From the human T2T-CHM13v2.0 reference genome, Homo sapiens, in the NCBI RefSeq assembly GCF_009914755.1, contig NC_060945.1: a DNA stretch of 64,000 nt; one strand, given 5' to 3'. The position numbers and the translations under genes were made by a program. Numbering within the stretch: the first letter of the stretch is position 1; each line of letters begins with the position of its first letter. Below are positions 46,081 to 60,356 of this stretch, one piece after another. The notes beneath the pieces are model-generated. The model searched no databases, was not told the origin of the DNA, and saw nothing but the letters and a program-made list of their open reading frames with translations.

Positions 46081-48964
46081 GTAACTTTCTCTCTTTAAAC
46101 TTCCAATGAATGAACGTGCCTCTTCTTACGGATTTGTTTAGATTAGGGAATAGATTCCTCGCTGATAGCGTTGCTTTGCAAATAAGACCTCCTATATTAT
46201 TCAAACCAAACGAGTTTGTGTCTTTAAAGGACTATAGCAGCCCCATTCTATGTTAAGGGTTGGCTATTACAATTATTATATGCTTAGGGAAAAAATGTAA
46301 GCCCCGTAGTTTGTGCTTTTCTTGATGTACAGAAAGGTTTATCTTAGGTGGATAGGTTTTGTTTTGTTTCTTAAATGGGATTTTTTTGGTTCGTGTCTTT
46401 GAAGGGCTGTTTCGCGACGTCATTAATGAACTAATCGGTTTTCAGATTTCAAGACGGTGTGTAATTGATGTAACCACTGAGGAATTTCAGTGCACACCAG
46501 ACTAAGACTCTTCCAGCGCAGGGGATTCCAGATGCTTCTTGGGCCCTCTGGAAGCCATGGGGATGTTTCCAGACCGAAAGGAGGGCTTTGCTGGGGAGCA
46601 GATGTGCTGCCTCTCCCCGACCCAGGATTTTGAGGCCGTGTTTCCGTTAATCTGGACCGAGAGCCCTCTGGGAGAGGGAGGCAGGTCGTAGGGGGCGGGG
46701 GTGAGGGGGAGCGAGATGAGGTCGTCGCTGGACGCTGGGCTCCCTTGTCGTTGTCCTTTTCCCCAGAATCCATGGTCAGGCCTAGGGAGCCACCCCTGGG
46801 TGCTCGAGATGAGTCCCCACCCTCACTGAAGGTCGGTCACTGGATGTTTGTGTGCATCGTAAGGGGCCCACCGAAGTCCCGAAGCCTTCTCAGGGACCAG
46901 CGAGAAAGAGGAGCAGGCTTGGGAGACAGGGAAGGAAAATGCAGGGGAAAGGGCTCACCCCTCGACCCCAGGTAAAATTAGAAGGAACGTGTGGCAACCC
47001 AGGTGCAGCTTTGGTCGCTCGCTCAAGGACTTTGCTAGTCACTACCATTAATTAATTAATCACTATCATTAACTACCAAGGACACCGTTTTTATTCCCCT
47101 AAAAGCGTCACCTTGAGGGGAATGGAGAATTGGGCAGCAGCTATGCAAATCCTGGGACAGGAGACACTGCCTGAGGACCCTCTCTCACTCCCAATCCCAG
47201 AACCCGAAGTTATCCCCGACAACCAAGTCCAAGCACATGAACCAAGACGATCAGCTTCAGGCAGCTCCTTACCCCCACAAGCGGCCCAGGAGGTGGGCAT
47301 TATCCCCCACCCCTGGGATTTCTCCATCCCTCCCTCTTCTCTCCTGCGGGAGAGAGAGCTGTGGTCACCCAGTTGGGCGCGATGGCTCTGGACTAATGGG
47401 GTCTCTAGACCCAGGGCACAAAGGCCAATCTGCCAGGGGTTACTGCATGTAATGAGATAATCAGACATGTTGACCAACCTAAAAGAAAAGACTCTCCCAG
47501 GGAGTAACTCCCAGTGAAATAATTTATTAAAAAAAGCAAAAAAGAGACATAAATTTCTCTCTACTACTTGAGGAAACAGCAAACAGAACGAATTAGGGTC
47601 TTGGCCTCTGCAGGAATAAATTATTTCCGACTTGGTCTGGATACCTGTAATTATTTGTAAGCTGTGGGTAGTAATACTGTAATTGTCCCCCGGTCCTTTC
47701 TGGAAGTAGCAATGACCCCAAGGACAATTGGTGACGTCTCCACAGGGTTTACACATGGAAAGGAGTGAAAAATCGAGGAATTCTTTCAGATAGCCCAGAC
47801 CAAAAATCCTCCCAGCCATGAAAAGGTCATATATGTGATGCTGGGCCAAGCGGACTTTTCTGGAGTAACCATATCATAACTGATTGCGGATGTAGACAAG
47901 AGCGTATAAACCAAATAGGCTTGAATCAACGCAGTCCTGGATTTTCTGTTGCCTCTGCTTGCTGGGGCAGTGGAAGTTCTTAAACTCCACTTCAGAGGTT
48001 GGAAATTCTTCCCCCTCCCCCACCTCCTTAGTGACAAGGTCTCTGATCTCCTGCTGCCACTGCAATAGCCTCTCCCATCCCGCGGGGAACGGCCGGAGTT
48101 CTTCCCTTGATCTCTCCCGAGTCGGCTTCCGCTGGGGATGGATCGCAGGTAGGCGCCGGCGCGGCCTGGGGAAGAACAGTTGCGGAGCATCTGAAGCGGA
48201 AAATCCAAGCAGATGTGAGGCGATCCGGGCCCGCCTCGTTCCTCTTGGGGCCTGAATTTCTTCCAGATAAGTTTCCTAATGGAACATTTCTAAGAGGTGG
48301 GGTACGAGGCGGCTTGCTCGCACGCGCAGTGGGACAGACTGCGGGTGGGGACGTACTGAGAGGTCCGGACCTCAATGCGTCCGACCCGTCTCCACACCGC
48401 CCTTTTCCAGCCCCCAGTCTCCTTTCATTCCCTACTCTTCAGGCTCCTTTGGGGCCAGTGGGTGAACCGCCATTTAGAACGGTGCCTCGGACTCGGGGGT
48501 CGTGCGCTCCATCTCTGCCTCCCCCCTGGGGCCCGCGAGGCTGGTCCGGGCTTTCTGAGCTGGGCGTTCGGCTTTAGGCCCAATACCTGGACCAGGAATT
48601 TCTTCTCCCCGCGCCAGAAGGGAAAGACATAGGAGGTGTCCCAATCTGCGGTCACCGCCGATGCTCCTGACCACTCTAGTGAGCACCTGCCCGGTACTTT
48701 TCCATTCCAACAGAGCTTCCAGCTTCATACTAACTATCCCACATACGGCCTGTGGGTATTAGCTCTAAGTGTCCTTTTCCGAGGGCCCGAGGCTCCCCCT
48801 CCAGCAGGGAGAGCTCCGGGACGGCCCCCACCAAGGGTTGGGTTTCTTCCTTCACAATTCCACAGAGGCATCCCTGTCCTTCCTACCTGGGAAACCTCGA
48901 GGTGCGGTGCCCGTGTACTTCTGGTACTTTGCGTGGTGCCATCAGGGACCCCAGAGCCACAGCT

Positions 48965-49013
48965 GCGTGTGTGTGTGGATGTGTGTGTGTGTGTGCGCGC
49001 GCGCGCGTGTACG
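48965..49013. repeat. (GT)n(GC)6 alternating purine-pyrimidine tract
   Basis: ATGTGTGTGTGTGTGTGCGCGCGCGCGCGTGTACG at 48979-49013. Confidence 0.9.
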
Positions 49014-51179
49014 GCGAAAGGATGTGCTTGGGGGAGCCGAGTACACAACGTCTGCTTGGGCAGCTGCTGGGCAGGCGTTGGGCCTGGAGGTATCTCACAC
49101 CCACGTATCTTCCAGTCTTCAAACACGGCATTGCTCTGCCTCCCGTAGCGCGCTTCGAACCTGCCTCGCGGACACGTGAACAGAGGCTGTCCCTGGGAAG
49201 ATAAGTGCGCTTTCCCGTAAAATCCGGGAAATTTGCCTTGAGGAAAGTTTCCGTTCTTGTTACTTGTCGGGTTTCTCCCACTTCCACTTAGCCATGTTTC
49301 TGCGATCTGGGTAATCCCTTTCAAGCCCAGGAGGAATTCTCCCGGGTCCATAATTGAGGGTCGGAAGCCGTGGGGGTGAGAAACGCATTAAATCCTCCCG
49401 AAGCCCAGGAGGTGCCAGAGCGGGCTCAGGGGGCCGCCTGCGGAAGCTGCGGCAGGGGCTGGGTCCGTAGCCTCTAACCCCTTGGAGCCCCTTCTCCCAG
49501 AGGCCCGGAGCCGGCAGCTGTCAGCGCAGCCAGGAGCGGGATCCTGGGCGCGGAGGTGGGTCCGACTCGCCAGGCTTGGGCATTGGAGACCCGCGCCGCT
49601 AGCCCATGGCCCTCTGCTCAAGCCGCTGCAACAGGAAAGCGCTCCTGGATCCGAAACCCCAAAGGAAAGCGCTGTTACTCTGTGCGTCCGGCTCGCGTGG
49701 CGTCGCGGTTTCGGAGCACCAAGCCTGCGAGCCCTGGCCACGATGTGGACTCCGCAAGGGGCTAGGGACAGGCAGGGGGAGAGCCCGGGTTTGCGCACAC
49801 CTTCCAGCCCCTGGAGGGAGCCTGCTCGGCTTCGAACGCCTTCGAACTTTTGACCTTCAAAGGAGTCCCTGGAAAAGGTCAGGAGCGCCTGCTGCAGGCA
49901 CGGTTGCCGAAGGCCAGGCCTTCCTGGCGCAGGGGAGGGCCAGGGGAGGGAAGCGGATACTCAGTCGCTGTCCGACGGCGAGTTTTCGGAGCAGCAGGCT
50001 CATGATCCCGGGCCAGTGGCGAGAGCAGTGACACCGAGAACCCAAATCTCCGCGCCCCCATCCGCGGCCCGGTGTCCTCCCGGCCCCTGCTGACCTCCAG
50101 GTCACGCACCCCACTGCTCCACGGCTCTGCAGCCTGTGGCACACGGCCGAGAGTCCCCACATGATCTCGACGCCAAGGTAAGGAATTGCCCTGCGTCCTC
50201 TGAGCCTGTCTCTGGCCTGGGGGGCCGGGAAAGCTGCACTCCTGGAAGAGGTGGGGTTATGTGACCGCCGCTGCAGGGGTGCGCGGAGGACTCCTGGGCC
50301 GCACACCCATTTCCAGGCTGCGGGAGCCGGACAGGGGAGGGCAGAGGGGGGACAAAAGGACTCTTTAGGTCCAAAATGACCCTGAAGGAGAGTCCAGAAT
50401 GCCCAGTGGCCGCGTCTGCAACGGAGTCTTCTTTCTCCAATTGCCTTCTGCCCCATCACCATGGGCCCCACCTGCGCCACCTGCGCCCACCCTGTGACCC
50501 TGGCTCAGCGACCTTGGCCCTTAATCGCCCAACGCCGATTCCTCAAAATTCCGGCTGCGCTGAATCGGGCTGCTTTTGCCGCCGCCCCGGCAGTTGGGCC
50601 CTGTTTCCGCCGGCGCCCTGGGAGAGGCCTCACCACTCGGCTGGGCTCCCTGGCCCCTCCCTTCCCCTGGCCTGAGCGCCCCTGCGGCCTCCCGCTCCTC
50701 CTGAGAAGGCGACAATCTCTTTGCACCTTAGTGTTTCGAGGACAGAAAGGGCAGAAGGGTCACTTCGGAGCCACTCGCGCCGTTTTCACGTGTGTGTGTA
50801 ATGGGGGGAGGGGGGCTCCCGGCTTTCCCCTTTTCAGCTCTTGGACCTGCAACACCGGGAGGGCGAGGACGCGGGACCAGCGCACCCTCGGAAGGCTCGA
50901 TCCTCCCCGGCAGGGCGCCTGGCCAACGAGTCGCGCCGCCTCCTCTCGGCCGCGCCTGCTGGTGACCTTCCCGAGAGCCACAGGGGCGGCCTCGGCACCC
51001 CTCCTTCCCTCGCCCTCCCTGCCGCCCATCCTAGCTCCGGGGTCCGGCGACCGGCGCTCAGGAGCGGGTCCCCGCGGCGCGCCGTGTGCACTCACCGCGA
51101 CTTCCCCGAACCCGGGAGCGCGCGGGTCTCTCCCGGGAGAGTCCCTGGAGGCAGCGACGCGGAGGCGCGCCTGTGACTC

Positions 51180-52833
<1,654 letters not shown>

Positions 52834-55519
52834 TGAGGCCCAAGCACTGCAGGCTGAGGCCACAGAGCGAACACTTGTGCTGAGCCGGGCCCTCTCGTGA
52901 GGCTGGGGTGCGGGAAGTCCGGGCAGGAGAGACCCGCCCCCGCCGTTGCTGAGCTGAGACCCGGCTGAAAGAGAGGGGTCCGATTAATTCGAAAATGGCA
53001 GACAGAGCTGAGCGCTGCCGTTCTTTTCAGGATTGAAAATGTGCCAGTGGGCCAGGGGCGCTGGGACCCGCGGTGCGGAAGACTCGGAACAGGAAGAAAT
53101 AGTGGCGCGCTGGGTGGGCTGCCCCGCCGCCCACGCCGGTTGCCGCTGGTGACAGTGGCTGCCCGGCCAGGCAACTCCGAGCAGCAGGTCTGAGCGTTTT
53201 TGGCGTCCCAAGCGTTCCGGGCCGCGTCTTCCAGAGCCTCTGCTCCCAGCGGGGTCGCTGCGGCCTGGCCCGAAGGATTTGACTCTTTGCTGGGAGGCGC
53301 GCTGCTCAGGGTTCTGGTGGGTCCTCTGGGCCCAGGAGCTGGGAGGGCTGCGCCGGCCTCTGGAGCCCCGGGAGCCAGTGCCGAGGTAGGGAGACAACTT
53401 CCGCCGCAGGGCGCCGGACGGTCGGGGCAGAGCAGGCGACAGGTGTCCCTAGGCCGCAGGGCGCTTCCATAGCGCCATCCCCACCAGGCACTCTACTCGA
53501 AATCGGAAAGCTCGACCTTTTGCGTTCGCCTCTGCCAAGCCTGTTATTTGTGCTGGCCGCTGGGTCTGGAGCTGCGCTTCTCGGCCCCTCCCCGGTGGAG
53601 CGCAGAGGGCTGGTCTGCAAGCGCGGCCTCCAGCCCCGCGGCTCCCCGGCCCAGGAGCCAGGCGCGGGCTGACCCGGGAGCACCCGGCAGCGGAGGGGGC
53701 TGGAAGCGGACCCTAGGCCTCTCCTGTGCCACCCGGCCCTACCGCGCGGCCGCGGGGCGCTCTCCTCTCGGGCGCAGCGGTCCTTCAGCCCAGGGCAGGT
53801 TCCTCCCTTTCCTACTCGGAACGTGGCAAAGATACCCCAGTCCCAGCCCCTCCAGCTGAGAGCTGTTGCCCAAGGTCGTCGCTACTTGTCCGCTCAATGG
53901 TGACCCCTTGGCAGAGAACTAGGGATGATTCCACTCCGGTTGATGTTTTAGGGGAAATTAAAAGAACATTCGGTTTTCTGAGTCTCCTTCCGGGGAGGCG
54001 TGGTGGTAACTGGTTTGCTGGGAAGAGCCGTTCCTTAACCGCATGCAACAAAGCAGGTGTGGAATCCGGACGAGAGGGCACTCACTGCCTTCTGCCCCCT
54101 TTGGAAATAGAAAAAGCCTTCGAAGCAACAATCCAAAGATCAAATGATTTGCGGTCAATGATTTCAATTAAACCAGAAATTAGTAAGGGAGGGCCGAGAA
54201 GACACGGCTGCTCAGAAGCTGTTCGCTGTTTGAGGGATTTCCCGGAGAGCCTGTTAAAAGATGCGAAGTGGTGGGTGTACCGCTCAGCCACCTTTAAACC
54301 GGCTCTGTGCGTTCTGGCTCTGGAAAGCAAGTCTCCAGGCATTTGGGCTCAGAATTGCTGGGCCCCGAGTTTGGGCGGGGGTGGTCCTTCTGGGGGTCAG
54401 GCCTTGAGCAGCTTGCACTGGTGGCAGGTTTGGGAGCAGTTGAGGGGCTTCCTGTGTGTCTTTTGGAGGGGGTGACCCTGGAAGTTGGCACTCTGGAAGG
54501 GAGCTGTTTGGCCCTAGAGTTTTGGAAAGGGCCCTGAACCTGTTCGGTCCCCCTCGGAAAGGGAAGGGAGCAGTGGCTTAGTCCCTCCCTCCTCCATTCG
54601 TGCAATGCCTGGGGTAGGGGTAGACCTGGAGCCGGTGGACTCATATCCTTGGAATTCGTCAGGACAGCTGCTCCGGGGCCTTGGCCCTCAGTCAGTCTGG
54701 GGCTGAGGAGTAGGGAAGCTGGGAACTTGGGGCAGAGGAAGAAGATGCGTTTAGAAAGACCTCCATTATGCAAACTGGAGTCCATTTATGCAAACTGGTC
54801 ACCCTTCCAGTAGCTCCAAAGAGTGGCAGTGGAGTGGCATCTTGATTGATTTAACCTCTTCTCAGGGGACCTGGGTCTGCGAGGGAGGATATGGCTGCGG
54901 GGTTGGAATAGGATCTGTCTGAGCTGCCAGGGTCAGGGTGGTGGCCCTAGGGAGGTTTTAGGGCCAGGGTGGTCCCGGGCTGTGGCAGGGGCTCTCAGAT
55001 CGCCTCGGGCTCTCAGCTGCAAGGTGAAAAATACCATGAGGAATTGATCTGCCAAGGGCGGTCTTGTCTCAAAGCAAGTGGATTGCTGGGGTAAAGAATC
55101 TAGAGACCAGCTTAGGACTCTGGGAGGAAAAAAAAAAAAAAAAAAAAAGAATAGCATAGTCCTAAGGAACTGCAAGGATCACCAGATTAACCCTTCATAC
55201 CTGGGGAAATTAAGGCCAGACATGACACAGGCCTTTCCCAAGGCTCTGTAGCAAGGGCAATAGCAGGCCAGTTGCTGCCACTGCGGTCCTGTGGGGCATG
55301 TTCTCACTCCACTGCACCCAGGAGGCTGCCAGCCTCTGTTCCTTTTAACATAGATCTCCTCAGTTGTTAAGACAGAAAGAGGAACTCAGAGGGGTCCCTG
55401 TGTGCAAGGCAGAGGGAGACCACCAGAACCAGGGTAAGCACCCCACTTGGTAGCCAGTTCAAGGACTTGGGGATGTTTTCAACATTTACAGCGAGGTTTG
55501 AGGCCCCATTGTCATGCTG

Positions 55520-55620
55520 CGCTACTCGGCCTCGGTCTCCTTATCTGTAAAATGGGCCCATTAGCAATGCACAGGGTTGCTGTGATGAAGGGTGAGGTCC
55601 CACAAGCAAAAGCTGTGCAG
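55520..55620 (+). mobile_element. MIR core fragment
   Basis: CTCGGTCTCCTTATCTGTAAAATGGG...AGGGTTGCTGTGATGA. Confidence 0.65.
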
Positions 55621-56649
55621 TGAGGGGGGAATCCTAAGCATTGTTCCTATGCCATTCACCCCTTCCTGTGAGCTCCCCATATTCCCTGGCTCAAAGGAGT
55701 CTTGAATGGCAGGGATGGAGGACTCACTGCCTGGACTTTGAAGACCCCTGCTTTCTGGGTGACCACCTTTTCTTCCCTTTGACAGTGAACTAATACATTG
55801 GAGGTAGATAGTGCTGGGAAGAGGACAGGAGAGCACGGCTGACTTTGGACATGGGCTCGAAATTGATAACTTGATGAGTCTTGGAGGGTGGTTAAGATAA
55901 GCTCGGGGCTGGGGCAGCGCTGAGGTCTGATGGTCAGCCAGCCCTCCCCAAAGTGTGGCCCTCCGTTCTGGAGATAGGGGCTTTGGAAACTGCAAAAGCA
56001 TCCTGGCAGGCCAGCTCTGGTTGCTCCCTGGCCATAGCTGCTCTGACTACAGGCAGCAGGACGCAGGTCGGCCTCTGCCCATCGGAGGTCAGAGGCAGGG
56101 CCTCCAGCACCAGACTCAGCAGTGCCACTGCAAACCTGGCACAACAGGCTGGTCCCAGGACTCAGCTCAGTAGTGAAGTTGGAAACCAAGGTTGAGTCTC
56201 CCCATCTCCCTTTCCCCAACCCGAAAGACCCAAGATGGGTGTGGGTGAAAGAGGGAGAAAGAATTGCTACTCCAGAAACTGTCATTTGCCCACACGAAAC
56301 GAGGTGGGGTTCAAGGTCTGAACTCTTCCAGTGCCTGGGTGCCTTTGGGTTTAAATTCAGCTGCAGGTGCCCCCATCACCACTTCCACCTGAGCACACCA
56401 CGAGAAGCCAGGTTATCTTAGAAACTGTTTCCCGGAATCAAAGCGACTTGATTTGGAGAGTTGGGTGAGGAGAAACTCACCCCTATACCCCTCAGGGCGT
56501 CAGAGATGTGAGGCAATTCTCTACCTCCGCTGGAAAAAATGCAGATTTATTAAAGGTCGACTGTTTAGCAGAACAACGTAGATTTTTTACAACGCTTTCC
56601 CCGTCTCTGCTTTGAAGCCTGCCAGGCTGCAGCTGGGGATCCAGGAGGG

Positions 56650-57750
56650 AAAGCCCGCAGGCGCAGAGGGGACAATCCGGGAAGTGGTAAAGGGGACACC
56701 CGGGCACAGGGCCTGTGCTTTCGTTGCAGGCGAGGAAGTGGAGCGCGCGCTGCAGATTCAGCGCGGGGCTAGAGGAGGGGACCTGGATCCCTGAACCCCG
56801 GGGCGGAAAGGGAGCCTCCGGGCGGCTGTGGGTGCCGCGCTCCTCGGAGCCAGCAGCTGCTGGGGCGGCGTCCGAACTCCCCAGGTCTGCGCACGGCAAT
56901 GGGGGCACCGGGCCTTCTGTCTGTCCTCAGAATACGTAGGATACCCGCGGGCGACAAGCCGGGCCAGGCTAGGAGCCTCCTTCCCTGCCCCTCCCCATCG
57001 GCCGCGGGAGGCTTTCTTGGGGCGTCCCCACGACCACCCCCTTCTCACCCGGTCCCCAGTTTGGAAAAAGGCGCAAGAAGCGGGCTTTTCAGGGACCCCG
57101 GGGAGAACACGAGGGCTCCGACGCGGGAGAAGGATTGAAGCGTGCAGAGGCGCCCCAAATTGCGACAATTTACTGGGATCCTTTTGTGGGGAAAGGAGGC
57201 TTAGAGGCTCAAGCTATAGGCTGTCCTAGAGCAACTAGGCGAGAACCTGGCCCCAAACTCCCTCCTTACGCCCTGGCACAGGTTCCCGGCGACTGGTGTT
57301 CCCAAGGGAGCCCCCTGAGCCTACCGCCCTTGCAGGGGGTCGTGCTGCGGCTTCTGGGTCGTAAACGCCGAGGTCGGGGGTGGCGGAGCTGTAGAGGCTG
57401 CCCGCGCAGAAAGCTCCAGGATCCCAATATGTGCTTGCGTGGAGCAGGGAGCGGAAGAGGCAGCCGGTCCTCACCCTCCTCTCCCGCCACGCACATATCC
57501 TTCTTGACTTCGAAGTGGTTTGCAATCCGAAAGTGAGACCTTGAGTCCTCAGATGGCCGGCAACGCGCCGAGGTCACGCTCCCCAGAAACACCCCTCTCC
57601 CCTCCCCTACCCCAGCTCCCCCTGGGGCGGGTGGTAATTGGGGGAGGAGAGGCCGCAGGCAGGGAAGGGGTGGGAAAGCCAGAGAGGGAGGCACAAAGTG
57701 ATGGCAGCCCGGCAAACACTGGGGCTTCGGGCTGGGCCGCGCTCGTTTAA
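56650..57750. promoter_or_regulatory. Intronic CpG island (intron 1)
   Basis: Local CpG and GC enrichment. Confidence 0.7.
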
Positions 57751-57984
57751 TCCCACAAAAATCCCATTTTGGAGGTGAGAAATAGAGGTTAGAGGTCGGG
57801 CCCTTCTGGAGATCAGACCGAGGAGACGGGCCCAGCTGGCGTCTTAAAGCAAGGAGGGGGAGTCGGGAGGAGGTGAGACCCCTGCACCCAGGTGGGGCTC
57901 CCAAACCGTTCTGGATTTACCACACTCCCAGGTCCGATTTTCCATGGAGGGCTGGGGTTAGGGACTGGCACCTTCTTGTTGTTA

Positions 57985-58070
57985 ACCGCATTTGATATTC
58001 ACAAGAACCCTGTGAGGAGACTTTGTCACCGTTTTTAGATGCCTGAGGTTGCCGGAGGGGCAGTGAGAGA
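57985..58070 (-). mobile_element. MIR fragment
   Basis: CATTTGATATTCACAAGAACCCTGTGAGG...TTTTTAGATG. Confidence 0.55.
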
Positions 58071-60337
58071 ATCGTCTAACCTGGTGTTCCTACCACAGTC
58101 CAGGCCCTGTGTCCTGGGCTGGACCCACAGCCCCTGCCACCACCCAGAGGAAGGCGCGAAGCTGGCTGCCTCCTTTACGGGTCTCCCTTAGGTGCCCTCA
58201 TGAAGGGGGACGGCCACCTCACAGTGCAGGAACTATCTCCCCGTTTGCTCCCAAATAGTCTTCTTGGTGTGGTGCTGTCTATGGTCTGTGACCTGCATCT
58301 GGAGTTACCCCCAGGACCAGCTTCGGAAGAGGAGGGATCGCTTGGAGGCCGTGCAGTGTGAGGAACGGCAGGCAGGGTGTGGGACCAACATGCACACACT
58401 CGCAGGTGCTGGGGCCAGGGAGGAATGAGGCGCTGGCTCCCTTTCTCTCCATTTCTCCCTGGGGGTCCCAGCAACCTGGCCATCCCTGACTTCCAACAGC
58501 ACAGCGTCCCCACAGGTCGTGCAGTGCTCTGCAGGGGTGCAGGGAGCTCCCCTCCCCCCAGCCGCAACCTCACCTTCCTCACCCCCACCCCTCCGGCAGG
58601 AAACCACAGGCTGGGTTGGGGACCCCTGGTGCTCCAAGAGAGCAGTGAGTGCTGGGAGCCGCTAACCCCGAGGCGCCTAGCACAGACTCTTCTCACCCCT
58701 TATTTCTGAAATAAAGCCCTTCCTTAGGTCCAGATGAGGACCACGTGCTCAGTGCCTCACTTTCGTGGGAGTGTATATCACTTTACAGTATCAAGACAAT
58801 TTTCTTTCGTTACAAATCTTTATTTAGTCTCTGCGTTTAGACCAAAGTAGATTTTTATGGGCTGAGTGAAAAAACCTCGCCCGCATTGGTTTCTGATGGA
58901 ACAGCTGGCAGCGCCACGGCCCCGGGTGGGGTGGCCTAGAGGCAGGGGTGCTTGGGAGGAACATCTAGCACCCGACCACCTCCACCAGGTGGGAAAGGGA
59001 CGTTTGCACCAAATCTCCGCCGGCAAAGCAGAGGCTTTGGGGAATTACAGAAAAACTATAATGATCTAAAAGAGAACAAGTTATCTTGAACTGTGCGGGT
59101 ATTTGAATCATACAGAAAATTGTCCTGTGTGCCCAATGCACTTTTGCATGTAGAGCCAGGGCCTTCGAGGAAGCTTTCAGGAGATCCCGGGCAGCGGAGT
59201 CTGGTCTGGAGTTTCATTTCCGTAGGTGCAGATTTCTCCCCAAGTCTTCCCGCCATGGGCTTTGCAAGAAGCCAGGGCCCAGAGGCCACGCTCACCGTTA
59301 ACACTGCACAGGGCAAAGGTGGCTCCAGGACAACTGCCCAACCCCAGGAACGACCCAGCAGCAGAGAAAAGGACAGCTGCCAGGGTGCCTTTGTCGCTTT
59401 TTGGAAATCAGAATTCCTGGGTCCTTAGTTAAGTCTTACTTCACCAAATCCCAGGACCTTCACATTTTGGTTCTTGCCATTGCTAACAGTTGTAAATGCT
59501 GCCGCCACGAGGCCTGGGAGGAAGGACCCGCTGGTGAGAGCACAGGGAGTGCTGCTGTGATCACGGTGGTGATGCGGGGTGAGCGCGATTTCCCGGGATT
59601 AAAAAGCCACCGCTGCCCCCGTGGTGGAGGCTGGGGGCCCCCGAATAATGAGCTGTGATTGTATTCCCGGGATCGTGTATGTGGAAATTAGCCACCTCCT
59701 CAGCCAGGATAAGCCCCTAATTCCTTGAGCCCAGGAGGAGAAATTAAAGGTCATCCCTTTTTAAATTGAGGAATAGTGGTTTTTTTTAACTTTTTTTTTT
59801 TTAGGTTTTTAGTTGCCGAATAGGGAAGGGTTTGCGAAGCCGCTGCCCTGGGCCGAGGTGCATTTTACGCTTCCAGAGGTCGAGGCCTCCAGAGACCGCG
59901 ATGCCCAGGGCGTTCCCGGGGAGGCTGAGAGACCCAGGGTGCTCTGGGTGACTGCACGGCGACTCCTCGGGAACCCACTCGTGGCTGCCCGCTTGGAAGG
60001 GCTTTGCGGCCCCGGGAACGATCTCCAGGATCTCCACGGCTGGTCAGGTTCCCCGTCCCTCGTATCCCGCGCTGCCCGGGGGCTCCTGCCTTTGGTTCAG
60101 TGCTCGCGGCACCACCGCACTCAGGACGGCAGTGGGGGGCTGGGGCTGGGGCTGGGCCTGGCCCGCAGTTCCTGGGGTGGGGAGCGGGCATCGTGGGTTG
60201 GGGCGGGGGACGCGCCAGCAGCGCCCGCAGCTCGCCCCGCAGGGGTCGCAGCCAGGGGTCGGGAGCTAGGCTCGTGGGCCGGGAGACGCCGGGCGCGTTG
60301 TCCTCCGGGGAGGTTGGGGTGCAGGCGGTGCACCGAC

Positions 60338-60356
60338 CCTCGCCATCTGGCGCTGC
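60338..60356 (-). promoter_or_regulatory. Candidate CTCF motif
   Basis: Minus strand reads GCAGCGCCAGATGGCGAGG; core CGCCAGATGGCG fits the CTCF core CRCYAGRKGGCR. Confidence 0.5.

Noticed and set aside
47091-47849. 252-aa minus-strand ORF
   Set aside because: Non-ATG start, no family resemblance, no supporting exon structure.
55128-55148. A21 run as a retroposed element or pseudogene tail
   Set aside because: No element body and no target-site duplication.
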